A stretch of 64,000 bases of DNA from Takakia lepidozioides (taxonomy: Eukaryota; Plantae; Bryophyta): NCBI GenBank assembly GCA_030704615.1, contig CM060734.1:36518001-36582000 (forward strand), written 5' to 3'. Under the pieces are notes generated by a model. It saw nothing but the letters and a program-made list of their open reading frames with translations, was not told where the DNA came from and searched no databases. Positions 23,136 through 36,323 of this stretch are shown here, piece after piece; the stretch's first letter is position 1, and each line of letters starts with the position of its first letter. The translations under genes were made by a program, and so were the position numbers.

Positions 23136-25944
23136 AGATCACGTCAGAAGTTCTAAGCTATTTTTAGTTGCTCCTCCGTATGTTGTTACTCTTTTGCGAG
23201 GATGGCCATTTATTTTTCAACCAAAGAGAAAGAGAGAGAACAGCAGAGAGGGCAAACTCCAAAGCTGCGCTTTGGTACACCGGCTGCAGGTTTGACATGA
23301 GTATATGTCAGCTTCCTTTGACCTGCAGAGGTGAGTAGAGTACGGAGAATTGAGAGCCAGAGATATAGTAAGAGCCAAAAATTAAGTTTGAAAGCTGACA
23401 TGAGGAAATGAACATTGCCTATAAGTTGAAGTCCAGGTCTTTGATTGCATTATGTATGTTATGTGTGATAGCTGGTCTCTTTCATGAACCTGTCAGTATG
23501 AACAGTCTTCTGATGTATTATCCAGGGCTAGTGTTGCAGTTAGTTCAGTACAGTCTTCTTTCCCTGTGTCTGCCAAGTGGAGCTTGTTGTCATTCCAACC
23601 AAGAAAAGCCCAGCTGGCACACCGTCAGGGGGGGATAAGGTTGGTCTCCACAAAGAATCTTTGGAGGAGATATGCTCTGCATCGAAAGCTGTCTATGACC
23701 AAAATTTGACCCAAGATTTACTGGGAGTACACAATATAAACCAATGTTTATTGCAGTAGTGTCTATTGTTTTGGTATTTCTTGTCAGTTCTGTATGTTCA
23801 AATTGGGGCGATCTAGGGGATCTGTAGTCATCTAGATGAGCAACATCACTTACCTATATTCCATGTATAATAGTAACAAAATTGAGAGTATATCTGTACA
23901 TGTACATTACTGTACACGCCACCATATATTGTGTCCCGTCCTTGTACTCCCTAGTCTGATGACATCCTTTTTGTTCGTACAAGCTATTGCTATAACATTT
24001 GAATGGGTTAGATGATTATGTTGTATATTATACTCTGTAGAGGGCTAAGAGACAAGACAAGGTTTTCCACAGTGCTGCTCTGGAGAAACAAGGTCATATT
24101 CCTGCAGACCCATAACTCCATTTAATCCTATGAAGGTGGACCAGAGATGGATCTGCATGTTGCTATGACATGCCATCATTTGTCTGACAATTCTTGTTTT
24201 AATCAGTGTGCATTGCTTTGTTTCTGCTAGCTTGACAATGGTGGTCAATGGTTATTGATGATGAAATGGTTCTTTGCTTGTATGCAGTCTGGCATGGCTT
24301 TACATTTCCGTCTTTGCAATATGAAAAGTTTTGCAAGCTCAGAACCATCCTGCATTCGCAACTCATTGACTGGTTGTTTCGCAATATTCCTACTAACTTA
24401 CTACTACTATTACTACTACAAAGTTCATCTCTCTGCTACTTATAAACACTTATCATGTGTATCTTGAAATCTTCAAAATACTTTTTGGGAGATGACAAGA
24501 ACGTTCAAGGTTGTTTCTAAGGCTATTCTAAAAAGATGAGGCAGCACCTCCCCAGAGATAAAAAGAAACTCGGATCTCTGTATAGTTACGTGAAAGTGTG
24601 TGCAGGTATCAATCAGCCTTGCGAGCAATGTGGCTACAGAAGATGCAGCAGTCAGGTCTGCATATTCCTGCTCTCTGCAACTGACAGTGGCCATGGGGTC
24701 AATCCTTTGAACGAGCTCTACTTTAAAACTTGCTTTAAGCACTGTCCACTCTATCGCAATTGTGCCGGGTATCGAAGTGTTCTTGCAGCCACACTCCAGC
24801 AAATGTTGGACAACTGCACACCCAAGCCAAGGAGTGCTATGGGAACAGCAACTGCACCTAAAAGCGAACTTAATCAGCAATTTGTACTGAAACAAATGCA
24901 TTAATGCCCTACCCCGCCGAGAGAGCCTGAGAAGGGAGTGAAAACATTAGAGATCGCCTGCGAAGCAATTAGAGAGAAGTTTTTTCTGAACATGATGAAG
25001 AACCTCAAAAAGCTTTTGAAGAGATAAAAACTCCCTTGGGTTAAAACCCCTATGCACAAATGAGACTCTTGTTTATCCACTCAGTTCTCACCAAAGAATT
25101 AGTTGTTAGATGTCATGAAACTTACTAAATGCTGTGTTTCTCTAGAATAAAGATGATTATCTGCCACCCCACATTGGTCACGAAAAAGTCTTTGCTAGAA
25201 CTTTGCAGAGGTAATTATGCCCGGCTTTCAGATCAGTCCTAAGAAACTCTCTTAGGTGCCTCATATAATGTGCCTTAGTGTCCAAGGAAATATGAAAGAG
25301 GGAAGGAAGACTTGTGGGTGTGTACAAACTACATATTCGAGTAATGCAACACTTGAATGTGGAGAAAGGAAGAAAAGTGAATAAACCAGCCACTGGGTCT
25401 TGTTAATTCCAGAAAGATAAGAGATAAAAGATAAAGTTTCTTTAACGTCCAGTGAGAAAGGAAGCTCATACAACTGTTTATGCAGCAGCTCCTCCACTCA
25501 GCACCAATATCTTAAGGTAGTTGCTCAGGGGAATGGTATCATTGTCTGTTGGTTTGGATAGTGTGACTAACAAGCTCTGATACAATACACATTTGTGTAA
25601 ACTGCGAAATTCCCTCGACTGTAGGAACTCTTTGGATTTACAGACACATGAATTATCCCTGTAAAGAAGTGAAACCCCTACAGTACTGCATGTCCTCTAT
25701 TATAAGTTATCCCTAAATGAACACCCAATTTCGCATGCAATGAGCACTACAAAGTATCTTGGATGAGTTAGAAACTCTGGCAGGCCAATCCAAGAATTGA
25801 AATAATAGACACTTAACATGTGGCATCTCCAACTATTGGAGTATTGCACTGGCATGAGAAACATCTTAATGAGCAAATGCAAAATGCCATCAGCACAGTA
25901 TATTTCTTGAATGTTTCTACCAAAAAAACAGTAGCTCCTAGGTA

Positions 25945-26805
25945 CTATGAAGAAAATCTTCCATCAAAGAAAAAATTCCAAAATGTGTCTTGAAGAAAGC
26001 CAAACCTGGAGTAGATCCATTTATGTGGCAACTCCGAAATCTCCCCTGGAACATACAATACAAAGTGTGCAAGAAGACTTTCAAGAAATCCGATGACCAA
26101 GCCTGCTACAACGTCTAAGAAAAAATGCCGACCCAGTATGATGCGAGATGCCATAGTGGCGACTGCCCAGGTGGTTATTGTAATTGCAACCATAATTACT
26201 AGCCAATCTTCAATTGCAGGCAACAAATCATCTATGATTGGATGGCAATCTTTGAACAAGTTCTTCAGGGGTAACATCGAAATCTGAGAAGAATGATTCT
26301 TCCACATCGCCAGATACAGCCAGAAAAAGGTTGCAATCATGACAGCCCGAGTGGAATGGCCACTGGGGAACGACCAGTGATCCAAAGAGACAACAAGGAG
26401 GTGGCCCCTGTTATAGACTGGCCGTGGCCGCTTCACAATCCCTTTGATGATCCCAACCAATAGACAATCAAATATGAAACCAATAAAGAGGTTGAAAAGA
26501 AACAAGCGAATTTCAGGTGGCAACTTTGTTGGGGCGAGCCAAAGGGCAGCTACTGCAGGGATCCAGAAGAGCCCATCCCCTGAGAATTCAAAAATCCGCA
26601 GAAAAGCATAGGAACTTGGTCCCAGACATTTCTCGTGCAGCCACTGTGAAAGTTGCTGATCAAAATCTGTAACACGCTCCACCAGGCTTGGATGAGAATG
26701 TGGTTCTGAGAATTGGACAGATTGCACAGTAGATCCTCCCCTGGGTTTTCTGTGCCGTGTGCTTGACAGTGGTGAAGGCCGGTGATTTTTCTGTGATGTA
26801 CCCAT
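25945..26805 (-). CDS. PAP2-superfamily lipid phosphate phosphatase (LPP-beta / PLPP6-like), 286 aa
   Basis: Intronless ORF with the motifs KGIVKRPRP, WSFPSGHSTRA and SRIILGRHFFLDVVAG, plus several hydrophobic helices. Probable 5' UTR intron at ~26841-27086. Confidence 0.92.
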   Translation of the reverse strand: MGTSQKNHRPSPLSSTRHRKPRGGSTVQSVQFSEPHSHPSLVERVTDFDQQLSQWLHEKCLGPSSYAFLRIFEFSGDGLFWIPAVAALWLAPTKLPPEIRLFLFNLFIGFIFDCLLVGIIKGIVKRPRPVYNRGHLLVVSLDHWSFPSGHSTRAVMIATFFWLYLAMWKNHSSQISMLPLKNLFKDCHPIIDDLLPAIEDWLVIMVAITITTWAVATMASRIILGRHFFLDVVAGLVIGFLESLLAHFVLYVPGEISELPHKWIYSRFGFLQDTFWNFFFDGRFSS

Positions 26806-27441
26806 GATGGTGATGACAGCAGAGTCCTACACAATTAACCCTGCTACCCACATTGTAGAAACTAGAATCATATCAGCCATACTGTAGACAGGGTGTACAA
26901 AAATCTATAGCAATCATGGTCTAACAAAGACTTTCTTATGGAAGTCTGCACACATGGTCAGGACTATGTATGCTTGCAACCTTGTACACACTGCAAGAAG
27001 TTACTTATTTGGGATCTCTTGAATACCCACCAGAAAATCATTAAAACAAATTGTGCGAACCACAACCCAAACCTGCACCTTGTTACCTGGTTTTAACCTC
27101 TTTTCCTCATTCTCAACTGTGGCAACACGATGGCAGCAGAATCCAGAACCCTGGGAATCTCCTTTGCTGACTTCAAACCTCTCCTCTCTTTCCAGTCTGC
27201 AAAACTCACGAGCTGGGCTCCAAAGTGACATCTAGGGGCACGAAAGGGAAGAGGGGCAGCTGATGCAAATGCCCCTCAAACCTCCGTTCGCCTAAATGTC
27301 TCGTCCGTGAATAAGTGGTGAAAAAGTGCCTCGCCAGGATATGAAAGTCATCCCAGGATTGTCGAAATGCCCACAGCCACCAACTACAGGGCATTGCACA
27401 TTGAATTAGGGGCTGAGATATACGATGTGATGAAATTCCAA

Positions 27442-27447
<6 letters not shown>

Positions 27448-27481
<34 letters not shown>
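27448..27481. repeat. (GA)n microsatellite
   Basis: Run of about 17 GA units. Confidence 0.9.
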
Positions 27482-27484
<3 letters not shown>

Positions 27485-28544
27485 GCCGCTCAACTTACCT
27501 ACTGAAGACAGGTGGCATTCTTCCATCTTCACCCCAGGGCGATCCGAGTCAGATACATATGGCCCCAAGCCAAAAACCTTTCGACCGCAACCTGCTCCTC
27601 TCCAACTGAAAGGAAGCCCAGCTTTTCGAAGACAACATAGAAGTCACCGTAGGCTGCTGGATATTAAGCCCCCCAAATGCTTCAAACCCTAAGAAGACCA
27701 GAAGAGCGGCGGCCTTCCCTAAGCCCTCTTTGTCCTTTCCCAGGGTTTTGGGGTTTTTCTATCCTATGTTCAAACACCTCATGTTTTCTGTAAATAAAGC
27801 TGTACAGGATTTCATCATTCCCTAAGACACTTCTATCGTAGGAACAATGCAGCCATACCATAGCATAAGAAAGAAAGGATGATCTACTGAGTTAAGCTGC
27901 TGCAAAGAACATCATATGTCTCTGTCGGCTCATCTAAAATAGAACTCTCCTTATCCCTCCTCCTCAGAGAGAATTTGGATTATCGTCTCACAGCAAGAAC
28001 ATACAACTATCTTCACCACCCAAAAAGAGGACCAGAGCGATCAGATCGACCCACTCAAGATTGACATTGGCTGTTGCTCCCCCATTACGAAAGCCACCAT
28101 CGCAGCTCGCAACATCGCAGCTCATGTGATAGAAACTACGATTTTCATCCATGTGGGCGACCATACTCGAGAGGAGAGCTGCTCATCGGCAGTAATTTAA
28201 AAAGTCGAGAACCTCCCAAGAGTTTGTTGTATTCATGACTGTAACTTTGAGCTTTTGTGAGTAAACATACTTTGAAACTGCTCATTGATTCAGTAAGTTT
28301 TCCTTCTGATGTCGAGCTCTTTTATAACGAAGGGGTGGTTTGAAAGCCCCCTTCTCACCGTCCATTTTTTTCCCGTTCTATTCACCTTGGATTTTGAGTT
28401 CTTTTGACTGCCCCGCCTTGTTTTCGGAGCTTCAAAGAATTCAGGAATGCTTCTGGCTCTGCTCCAGGGACTCCACAATCTTGACCATCTTTGGGGCCAT
28501 ATCTACTTGAGATCTAGTTCTCTTCATTAGGTATATAGTGCTGG

Positions 28545-29435
28545 CTACCTGTGCGTCAAGTGCTCCACTTCAAATATGTCTTTGTGGAAAAGTCTCCAAA
28601 GACTACCCTCGATGGAGGCAAAAATGCTGTTGACACACTGATGGAGGTACTCGGAGGTCTCTTGAGGAATGAACAAGAAGTAGTGCGCAACAACAGTTTC
28701 ACAGAACCCCACAAGAGACCCTGCTACAACGTCGCAGAAGAAATGCCGGCCGAGTATTATGCGAGATGACGTCGTGGCAACGGCCCATGTGGTTACGATT
28801 GCAGCAATCAAACTTATGAGCAAATTCTCCGCAGCAGGCACAAAATCAGGTAAGAACTGTACGCGGTCTTGCATCGAACGATTAAGAAATGGCATCCACA
28901 CCCGGGCAGACTGCTCTTTCCACATGGGTACATAGAGCCAAAAGAATGTAACGACCATGAGAGCACGCGTGGAGTGCCCACTGGGAAAAGACCAGAGGTC
29001 TACAGACATTGTCACAAAGTGGCCATTGCTGTATGAGGGACGGGGCCGCCTCACAATCTTCTTGATGATGGAAACAGAAATGAGATCGAACAAAAAAGCC
29101 ATGAAGAGGTTGAAGAAGAACATGCGAACTGCAGGTGTCAGTTTTGGGGTAGGTGCCAGAAATGTAGCAGCTGCACAAGGGATCAAGAACAGCCCATCAC
29201 CGGAAAACTCCAAGATTCGCAGAAAAACATAGAAAAACAACCCCAGCCCTTGGTCGTGCACCCATTGCGAGATCCACTTATCTAATTCCAAAATTCGCTG
29301 CAGCGGAGTTTGCGGTCCAGTATGAGGTGGTTCTGGGGAGGCCTGTGTAGGTCTAGGGACTTGTTCAGCGACCCTCTGGACAGACCCTCCTCTGGATTTT
29401 CGGCGCCTCACGCGTGATGGGGATGATGACGCCAT
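28545..29435 (-). CDS. PAP2-superfamily lipid phosphate phosphatase (LPP-beta / PLPP6-like), tandem paralog, ~296 aa
   Basis: First ATG at 29435 (MASSSPSR). Motifs KKIVRRPRP, WSFPSGHSTRA and SRIILGRHFFCDVVAG; the segment LRILEFSGDGLF is nearly identical in the neighbour. Probable 5' UTR intron at ~29502-29741. Confidence 0.92.
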   Translation of the reverse strand: MASSSPSRVRRRKSRGGSVQRVAEQVPRPTQASPEPPHTGPQTPLQRILELDKWISQWVHDQGLGLFFYVFLRILEFSGDGLFLIPCAAATFLAPTPKLTPAVRMFFFNLFMAFLFDLISVSIIKKIVRRPRPSYSNGHFVTMSVDLWSFPSGHSTRALMVVTFFWLYVPMWKEQSARVWMPFLNRSMQDRVQFLPDFVPAAENLLISLIAAIVTTWAVATTSSRIILGRHFFCDVVAGSLVGFCETVVAHYFLFIPQETSEYLHQCVNSIFASIEGSLWRLFHKDIFEVEHLTHR

Positions 29436-31336
29436 GAATGAAAGAGCAAGAGTGGCTGTATGGATCTTCAAAGCAGCGTCTTACTCAATAGGCCCTGCGA
29501 CCTACACACCGGTAGAAGTCACATCAGAATTGATCATCGCTAGCCTCTCCCTCACGCTCTCCAGGTGCTCCTAAGACCAAGGCTTTCCAGTGTCACATAT
29601 AACAAATGCTGCCTAGGGATATAAAGTTTATCATCATCATGATTCGAATCACATTAGGCAGGAATGGAGCAGGATCTACAAACCCTAGAGATGCTTCGTG
29701 AAGAGAAAATTGATTGAATTTCCGCGGGGAAGGGAGCTAACCTGGCTTTACATTGCCCGAGATAACTAGGCTTGCAAGCTTTCACCACTTTGTGGTCCCA
29801 AGGAAGCATTTCACCACACTAGTGCATCGAGTTCACGATGCAGAAATTCGGGGCCCAAGGAGGACTTGAGATTCTCAAACTGAGCAAGTAACTGTCGTAT
29901 GTATATAACGAATGCGGTGGAAGAATATTAATCTGCCATTTCCACTAGCACCCCCGACGTTATCTGCACACCTCCCATTTCCCTTTTTAAGTATATCTAG
30001 ATCTAGCTTATCTCTGGCTCTCTTGGAGCCTTGTGGAAGTTATAAGCATCTATTTAGACTTCTCTTTCTTCTCACACAGACATACGAACCTTCTTCCTCC
30101 TATACGTACCCCTTCAAATCATCAAACATCAGGCGAGTTTGAGAAAGATGGTATAAATGGATAGCCCTTACGAAACTAAGATGAAAACTATTTAGAATCT
30201 TACAATTCTCTCTCCCAGGTTCTTCAGTAGAAATCGTAGCAACGAATGTTGATCGCTCTGATCTATTGTTGAAAGACGGAGAGATGGTGTGCGGGGTGGT
30301 GGTCGTCGTCGCTCACGTCTGTGCATGCTTGCACGCAAATGGGTGCGACACCTGACCGGACCGACCAGTCACACTTTGAATTCAAAACAGTGCGGCCACA
30401 CGCACACGGTCTTGGGCTCAACTTTAGACGGGCTTGCATTTTGCACAGATTTGTTGCCGCTTCACTATTATAGGAAGTTTACATGTGCTTATCAATATAT
30501 GAAGCAAGGTACAGGGTTTTCTTATGAAATTTGGAAAACAGCACGAGTTGCTACAGAGTTTTGCAAAACAAAGCCGTACATACTGTTCATCCACTTAAAT
30601 TAGGATAGAATCATCCATCTCTGTACTTTTATTTCCTCCATATTTGGAAAATTCATCCATAATTTATTTTTGCTCTGTGTTACTTTGGATTCTTTAGTCC
30701 TTTGGGACCAATGGGCGTGTTGCCTCCATGGCTTCTAAAGGTATTTTTTCCTCTTATCAATCTACTCTAGGCTCCGCTCTTTTTTTCAAGGAAAAAAAAT
30801 AAAAAAAAATAAAATCTGCCATGGTACATGCGAGTCGACTTGTGACAATGCAGGCTAGGAAAAGATACCTTTCTCAATAGTGCTCATTATTTTTGGTGAA
30901 TTCAAACCTCCAGCAGCGCATTGCTCTCAATAATAAGCAACTAGAGCTTCCCGATCACTTGTGATAATCCCTGGGTGGTTAAAGCAATATCAATATGCTC
31001 CATGTATCATGCTTGTGCAAACAGGTGCACTGAATTTGTTTGGAGAAGACTACGCTCACCCCACGAGTTGAATGCAAGCGTGTGACAAGGATGACAATAA
31101 TCCAAAAACAATGGTCCTGTGAATATTAGCTGGTCCCATGGCAAGCGGGACAAACCATTGCGTTGCCTAGTCTCTCCCCGAGGGCAGGACCAATGACAAC
31201 GAACACTATGTCATGGCCACCAGTTGGGACGTTTGGGTAGGGCACTGAGTGCCACAGGTGGTTCCCTTGTGGAATGATAAAATAATAAAATAACAAGCCT
31301 CAAGTTGCAATTGGCTCTAGACTTGCTTTGGCAAAA

Positions 31337-31875
31337 CATAAGAGGAAAGGAAGAACAGGGAGCATGACTCAGCACATACATAAGAGGAAAGAAGACCAGG
31401 GAGCATGACTCAGCACATACATAAGAGGAAAGAAGACCAGGGAGCATGACTCAGCACATACATAAGAGGAAAGAAGAACAGGGAGCATGACTCAGCACAT
31501 ACATAAGAGGAAAGAAGACCAGGGAGCATGACTCAGCACATACATAAGAGGAAAGAAGACCAGGGAGCATGACTCAGCACATACATAAGAGGAAAGAAGA
31601 ACAGGGAGCATGACTCAGCACATACATAAGAGGAAAGAAGACCAGGGAGCATGACTCAGCACATACATAAGAGGAAAGAAGACCAGGGAGCATGACTCAG
31701 CACATACATAAGAGGAAAGGAAGAACAGGGAGCATGACTCAGCACATACATAAGAGGAAAGAAGACCAGGGAGCATGACTCAGCACATACATAAGAGGAA
31801 AGAAGACCAGGGAGCATGACTCAGCACATACATAAGAGGAAAGAAGACCAGGGAGCATGACTCAGCACATACATA
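31337..31875. repeat. 41-bp minisatellite, 13 copies
   Basis: Unit cataagaggaaagaagaccagggagcatgactcagcacata, head-to-tail with no spacers. Confidence 0.97.
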
Positions 31876-32629
31876 GTTATGAGCCTTCCGTGGATGTGGC
31901 CAAAACTAGTGAAATGGGTGACTTGTTACTAAGTTATAGTTCAATCTCCCATTGTTCATACCTCTGCTCACTAGTGGTTAGCGCAGGTCCATCACTGCTG
32001 TAGACCCATAACAATACGTTTAGCCGGTTGTAAAGAGGTTTCTTGTGCCAAAAGATATCTTAAAATCTGCAGTACATCACAAAACACAGCAGCACGACAG
32101 CTCCCTTACCTTAGTTTGGTCGACTTCTCCACTGAGTGAGATGAACTTGGTGGATCATAAGCCCCCTCATGGCCTTTCCCAGTATCTAGGTATAGATCCA
32201 GTGGATCTGTATGGTAGCCCCTATAAGCCGAAGTGAAGCAGTTTGTCAGGGCGTTGATGTTCACGGGAAGAAATGATGGAGAAGCATGCATGCAGTTTTC
32301 TGTTTGAAAATAACTGATAGCATGAACTTGGTGCAATGGAAAGCTTGTAGCTTGATGGGGCTTCATCCCCTTCTGAGAAAAGAAAAAAAGCTCTTGTAGC
32401 TTTGTCTTCGTAGCAATGGCAACCCTGCAATGGACCCAAAGTCATGTAGTCTGGATATCAGATCAGTTGCCAAAGTGTGCTGAGTTAGTTTCGAGGTGGT
32501 TACGAACCCCATGAGGTCTCGATTGCTATTTTCTAGGAGGGCTATTCATAGAGTTAATGTTCTCTAACAAACTACACTGCTGGTCAGCTTGCATCCAAAG
32601 CCAACCCTTTGCCTCCGGGAACAGAGTCA

Positions 32630-33345
32630 TTCTAGAGAAAGAGACCTACGCTAGAGTGTATCTGCCCTGACATATTTCTTATCATGAGGATAAGTAGAGA
32701 AGGAAGGAAAAGTAAGTGAATACAATAGGCCCTGAACTTCCTGAAGCTAAGTGTACGGCCTTGAGCAAGTAGAAGAGATTGAGTAAATAAGGCCGTACTG
32801 CTGTTGAAAGGTTTGCTTAATATATCGACCTGCCCCGGCCGGCCAGCCAGCCGGGGTGATTGTGAACCTCTTGTGAACAAGGTTGCCGGCCCATGACTGG
32901 TAACCTTGTAAATCACAATCTGCACAAGGATTGTGCTCATCAAGCTCTAGCCGATCAGAGAGACCTTGATGGTAACAGAGAGGCCCTGCTAGTGCTACCT
33001 CTTGATCATAGAAGAATTCCAGTAGATCGTATGTAGGTGAAATAGCCGATAGAGATGTTAGTAAGAGAGCGGAGGCGGAGGCGGCTACTACTGCTTCACT
33101 TGCTCTCTGGCCCCGATCGTAGAAGAATTCCTTCATAAGAATGTTAAGAGGTCCCTACATGCCCATGAAGTAGCTGAGAGAGATGCATGGTGCAAGAGAG
33201 AGGCCCATACAAGTGCTTCGTATGCTATATGCAGGCTTATGATCATGGAAGAATTCCAGCACACCGATTTAGTTCAACATGTCAGCGATCCCAACGGTAA
33301 AAGCTGTAAAAGCGCCGTGGGAGAAGCCAGGAAATGCTCATATAA
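32630..33345 (-). pseudogene. NPF (NRT1/PTR) transporter C-terminal fragment, scrambled
   Basis: MSISWLLP / FTVGIADMLN*IGVLEFFHDH..SIRSTCMGLSL / EFFYDR / LLEFFYDQ / LMSTILVQIVIYKVTS..KPFNSS..LNLFY, with stops and frameshifts. Confidence 0.75.
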
Positions 33346-34381
33346 CCAATTGTGCAAACAGGATATTCAATTCTCGAGAGAAAACTGATATCTCGGTGAC
33401 GGCCTGGGGCACGCCGAAATCTCGAGCGAAAACTGATATTTTGGGGAAGCCTGACAGGCTGGAATCCCCAGCAGCCCAGTGTACGTTCCACTGCACAATA
33501 CATTTCAGCCGCGGGATCAGGTTACCGCGTGATCAACTTATCATCCACACCATCCATTTATTACTCATCAATTCTGAGGAATCCACCCTCATACTCCAGA
33601 AATCCACTCACTAATCGACTCTGAAATTACCATTACAAATTACCATTACACATTGGTAATTTCCCTAATGTCGTGGAATCGTGGGGTGTTTTCTTTGTGG
33701 GTCCGAGTGGTACTTTCGCTACGTAAATTATAATTTCCCGTTTTACTTGACGTGTTTTTGTACTTTGATCGAGTGTCGCAAAACAAATTACCATATTGGT
33801 GGATAGGGTGCACGTCCACCGCCCAAGTGATCCCGGGGTCAAATTCTCACAACTGTATCATTTGCGGCGAGAGGAAGATAAAAGGGGCTCAGTTCGTTCT
33901 GTGAGGAGAGGGAAGAGTGGTGCCTGCAGAGAAGGGTGGTCGCAGTCGCCGAGGAAGGTGGTGGTGTGGAGGGAGAGCACCAATGGAAGCAACAGATCGT
34001 AAGCGGCTACGACATTCTGATTGCAATGCTGATCTTGCAATCAGATGCGATGTCTACGAGAAAGAAGAGGACCAGTGATGATAACACCAGCTGGTAAGTG
34101 ATTAGCTTGGTCCGCATGGGTCGTTCTGCTCAAGGTTGCATACTTCGTTTGCATGTTCTGGATTGAATTTTGTTGTCAGAATGATATACATTCTTCTGAG
34201 GATTAGTAGGTAGCACCTGGGCTAATCAGTACTGCTACTCTGTTGCAGCGATTTATCTTGAGCATTTGTGACTTCTCTCAGCAAGCAGATTGAATTTCAG
34301 AGAGCTCAACAGAAGATCCCATCGAGCGTTCCGTATCTACAGTTCTGTTTTGCATCACTGTACCTATGGTGCAGAGAAGAT

Positions 34382-34949
34382 ATGAATTCACCATCGATCG
34401 ATCCTAACGTTTCTCCATTGAACCTGGATTGCAGGGGCAGGAGTCCAAGTAGACGTAGTCGACGTGAATCGACCAGGAGCATCCAGAGACAGTTGCTGCC
34501 AGCGGAAAGTAGTTCAGGAGCCCTCGCACCTGTTGAAGCCCCTGAGGGACCCTTAAACCGCTCTCGTGTGGCTAAAGCGAAACAGACACCTGCACCCGGA
34601 TGTGTGAGTGATGAAGTGAGTGATGATGAGGTTTCCCCTGGAAACCATTTTGGGAGGAAAAAAGATGATACTGGAAATTCTTCTTTCGCCCAAAGCGAAG
34701 GGAGTGAACAAACTGTAACAGCCTTTTATCCTTATTTCGCAGCGGATTACTCTCTTGCAAGGAGCGACGAAACTAGTTTCGTCGACAAACCTTCTTGGAA
34801 CAGTGAAGAAACCTTCATGGAACAGTGCTTCATGCGATTCTTCCTTCACAGAAAGTGATGAAACCGTCACCAGCAAACTTCGTCCAAGACGTCCAAAGCT
34901 GCGTGTGGTATCTTCAAAGAAGCTGCTGCTGGACTCTAATAAGATGTAG
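34382..34949 (+). CDS. Orphan Ser/Arg-rich ORF, possibly frameshifted (gene or pseudogene)
   Basis: ATG at 34382 follows a gcag acceptor. An upstream leader exon ends at a strong donor CTG|GTAAGT (~34093). The ORF runs to 34858, or to 34949 if a 22-nt duplication is removed. No recognisable domain. Confidence 0.4.
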
Positions 34950-36323
34950 TTGGTGGTCGCTATCTTGGTTAATCTGGACAGTCTGAGATGTATTCAGATG
35001 CACAGGGATCTAGGTGGTCCATACTTGATGATAAGGCCCACTGATCATGGCCATTGATAGCCTTAATATCCCAGGGAACATTAACTATATCATGGTCCCA
35101 GCTATACACTAAGTGTAGATCAGGAGTATAATGTCCTCCGGTTTTGGTTCAGATCCTCCATGTCTCTAGGAACAGGGTGTAGAGAGAGAGAGATGATGCC
35201 AACTGGAGTTAGCGTAATAAGAGCTTCCCCTTGCAAGTACTGTCCCCTTTCCTGTGTAGAATCTTCAGGACTTTTGATTTTTCTGTATAACTTGTAAAGA
35301 ATGCATCCTCAATTGAGCCAACAAGTTGAATCTTAAGAACACTGGAAATCGAAATAGTGATTTCCTGTAAGGAAGCAGTAGGTTGACTAACTGAATGATT
35401 GAATGATTGGATGATTGGATGATTGGAGATTTTTCTTCTATAAAAAGACTTCAATGAGTCAATTTTATCATCAGTAGCAATGTTTGGCTATGTGCTGACA
35501 AAATTCAGTTTTGAGTTGGCTACATTTCATCATTGAACCCCATCAACTCTCAACTGCTATCTTTCCACCCGAGAAGAAAATAAGTGTAGTAAAGATTGAT
35601 TGGAGAGCACTATCCTCTTAATGGACAATGGGCTAATGGAAAAAATGCATACTCTAGGGACGCAAAACTGTGTTTCATCCGAAACCTTCCCAATTGACAT
35701 GGTGGAATTCAACTTCTTTTTACACACACACACATACAACAAAAGTTGACTCCTTGCATAACTTATGGTGTCACTTTACGCCCGGAGGGCAACTGCCTTG
35801 AACACATACAAACATGTATATATGAAGTTGCAGAAGCAGCTGTATGGGATGCCATGGACTTTTTAAATAATCAATTTATGATAGGAAAGGAAATGAAAGC
35901 TCAACAACGCCTAAAAAAAATAAAAAAAAATAAAAAAACAACAACAACAACACAACAAATGTTCCATCTGAATCTTCCACAATCATCAGGAACGCCTTGC
36001 TTACTAATCCAGTATGATTTCCTTGTTATTGCAAATGTTTGGCCTTGGTACTCTACAATTCTCTGAGCTGAAGCAGAAAAACAAGGATCCCCATCCCACC
36101 TCTTTTAAGTCTCTTGCAATTCAACACTCCCCTGTTTTGAGCAAGGTGAGCTATGGTACGTAGGGCTGAATGCGAAGCTGAACAAACGACAGTACTAGTC
36201 TAATATACATCCCACTCTGAGCCTTTGCCTCCATATCTTTAATCTCTGAGTTAAACACACTCATTCTGGTCAACAGGAGAAACAGTCCCACTCCGGAGTG
36301 TATCTGCCCTGGCATGACTCTTG

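Noticed and set aside
24473-24904. Overlapping 122-aa Cys-rich (+) and 142-aa (-) ORFs between eIF4E and the LPP gene
   Set aside because: No recognisable domain or regular zinc-finger spacing, and no supporting gene structure. It cannot be distinguished from chance without homology or expression data.
31337-31875. Possible CRISPR array
   Set aside because: Units are head-to-tail with no unique spacers, so this is a minisatellite.
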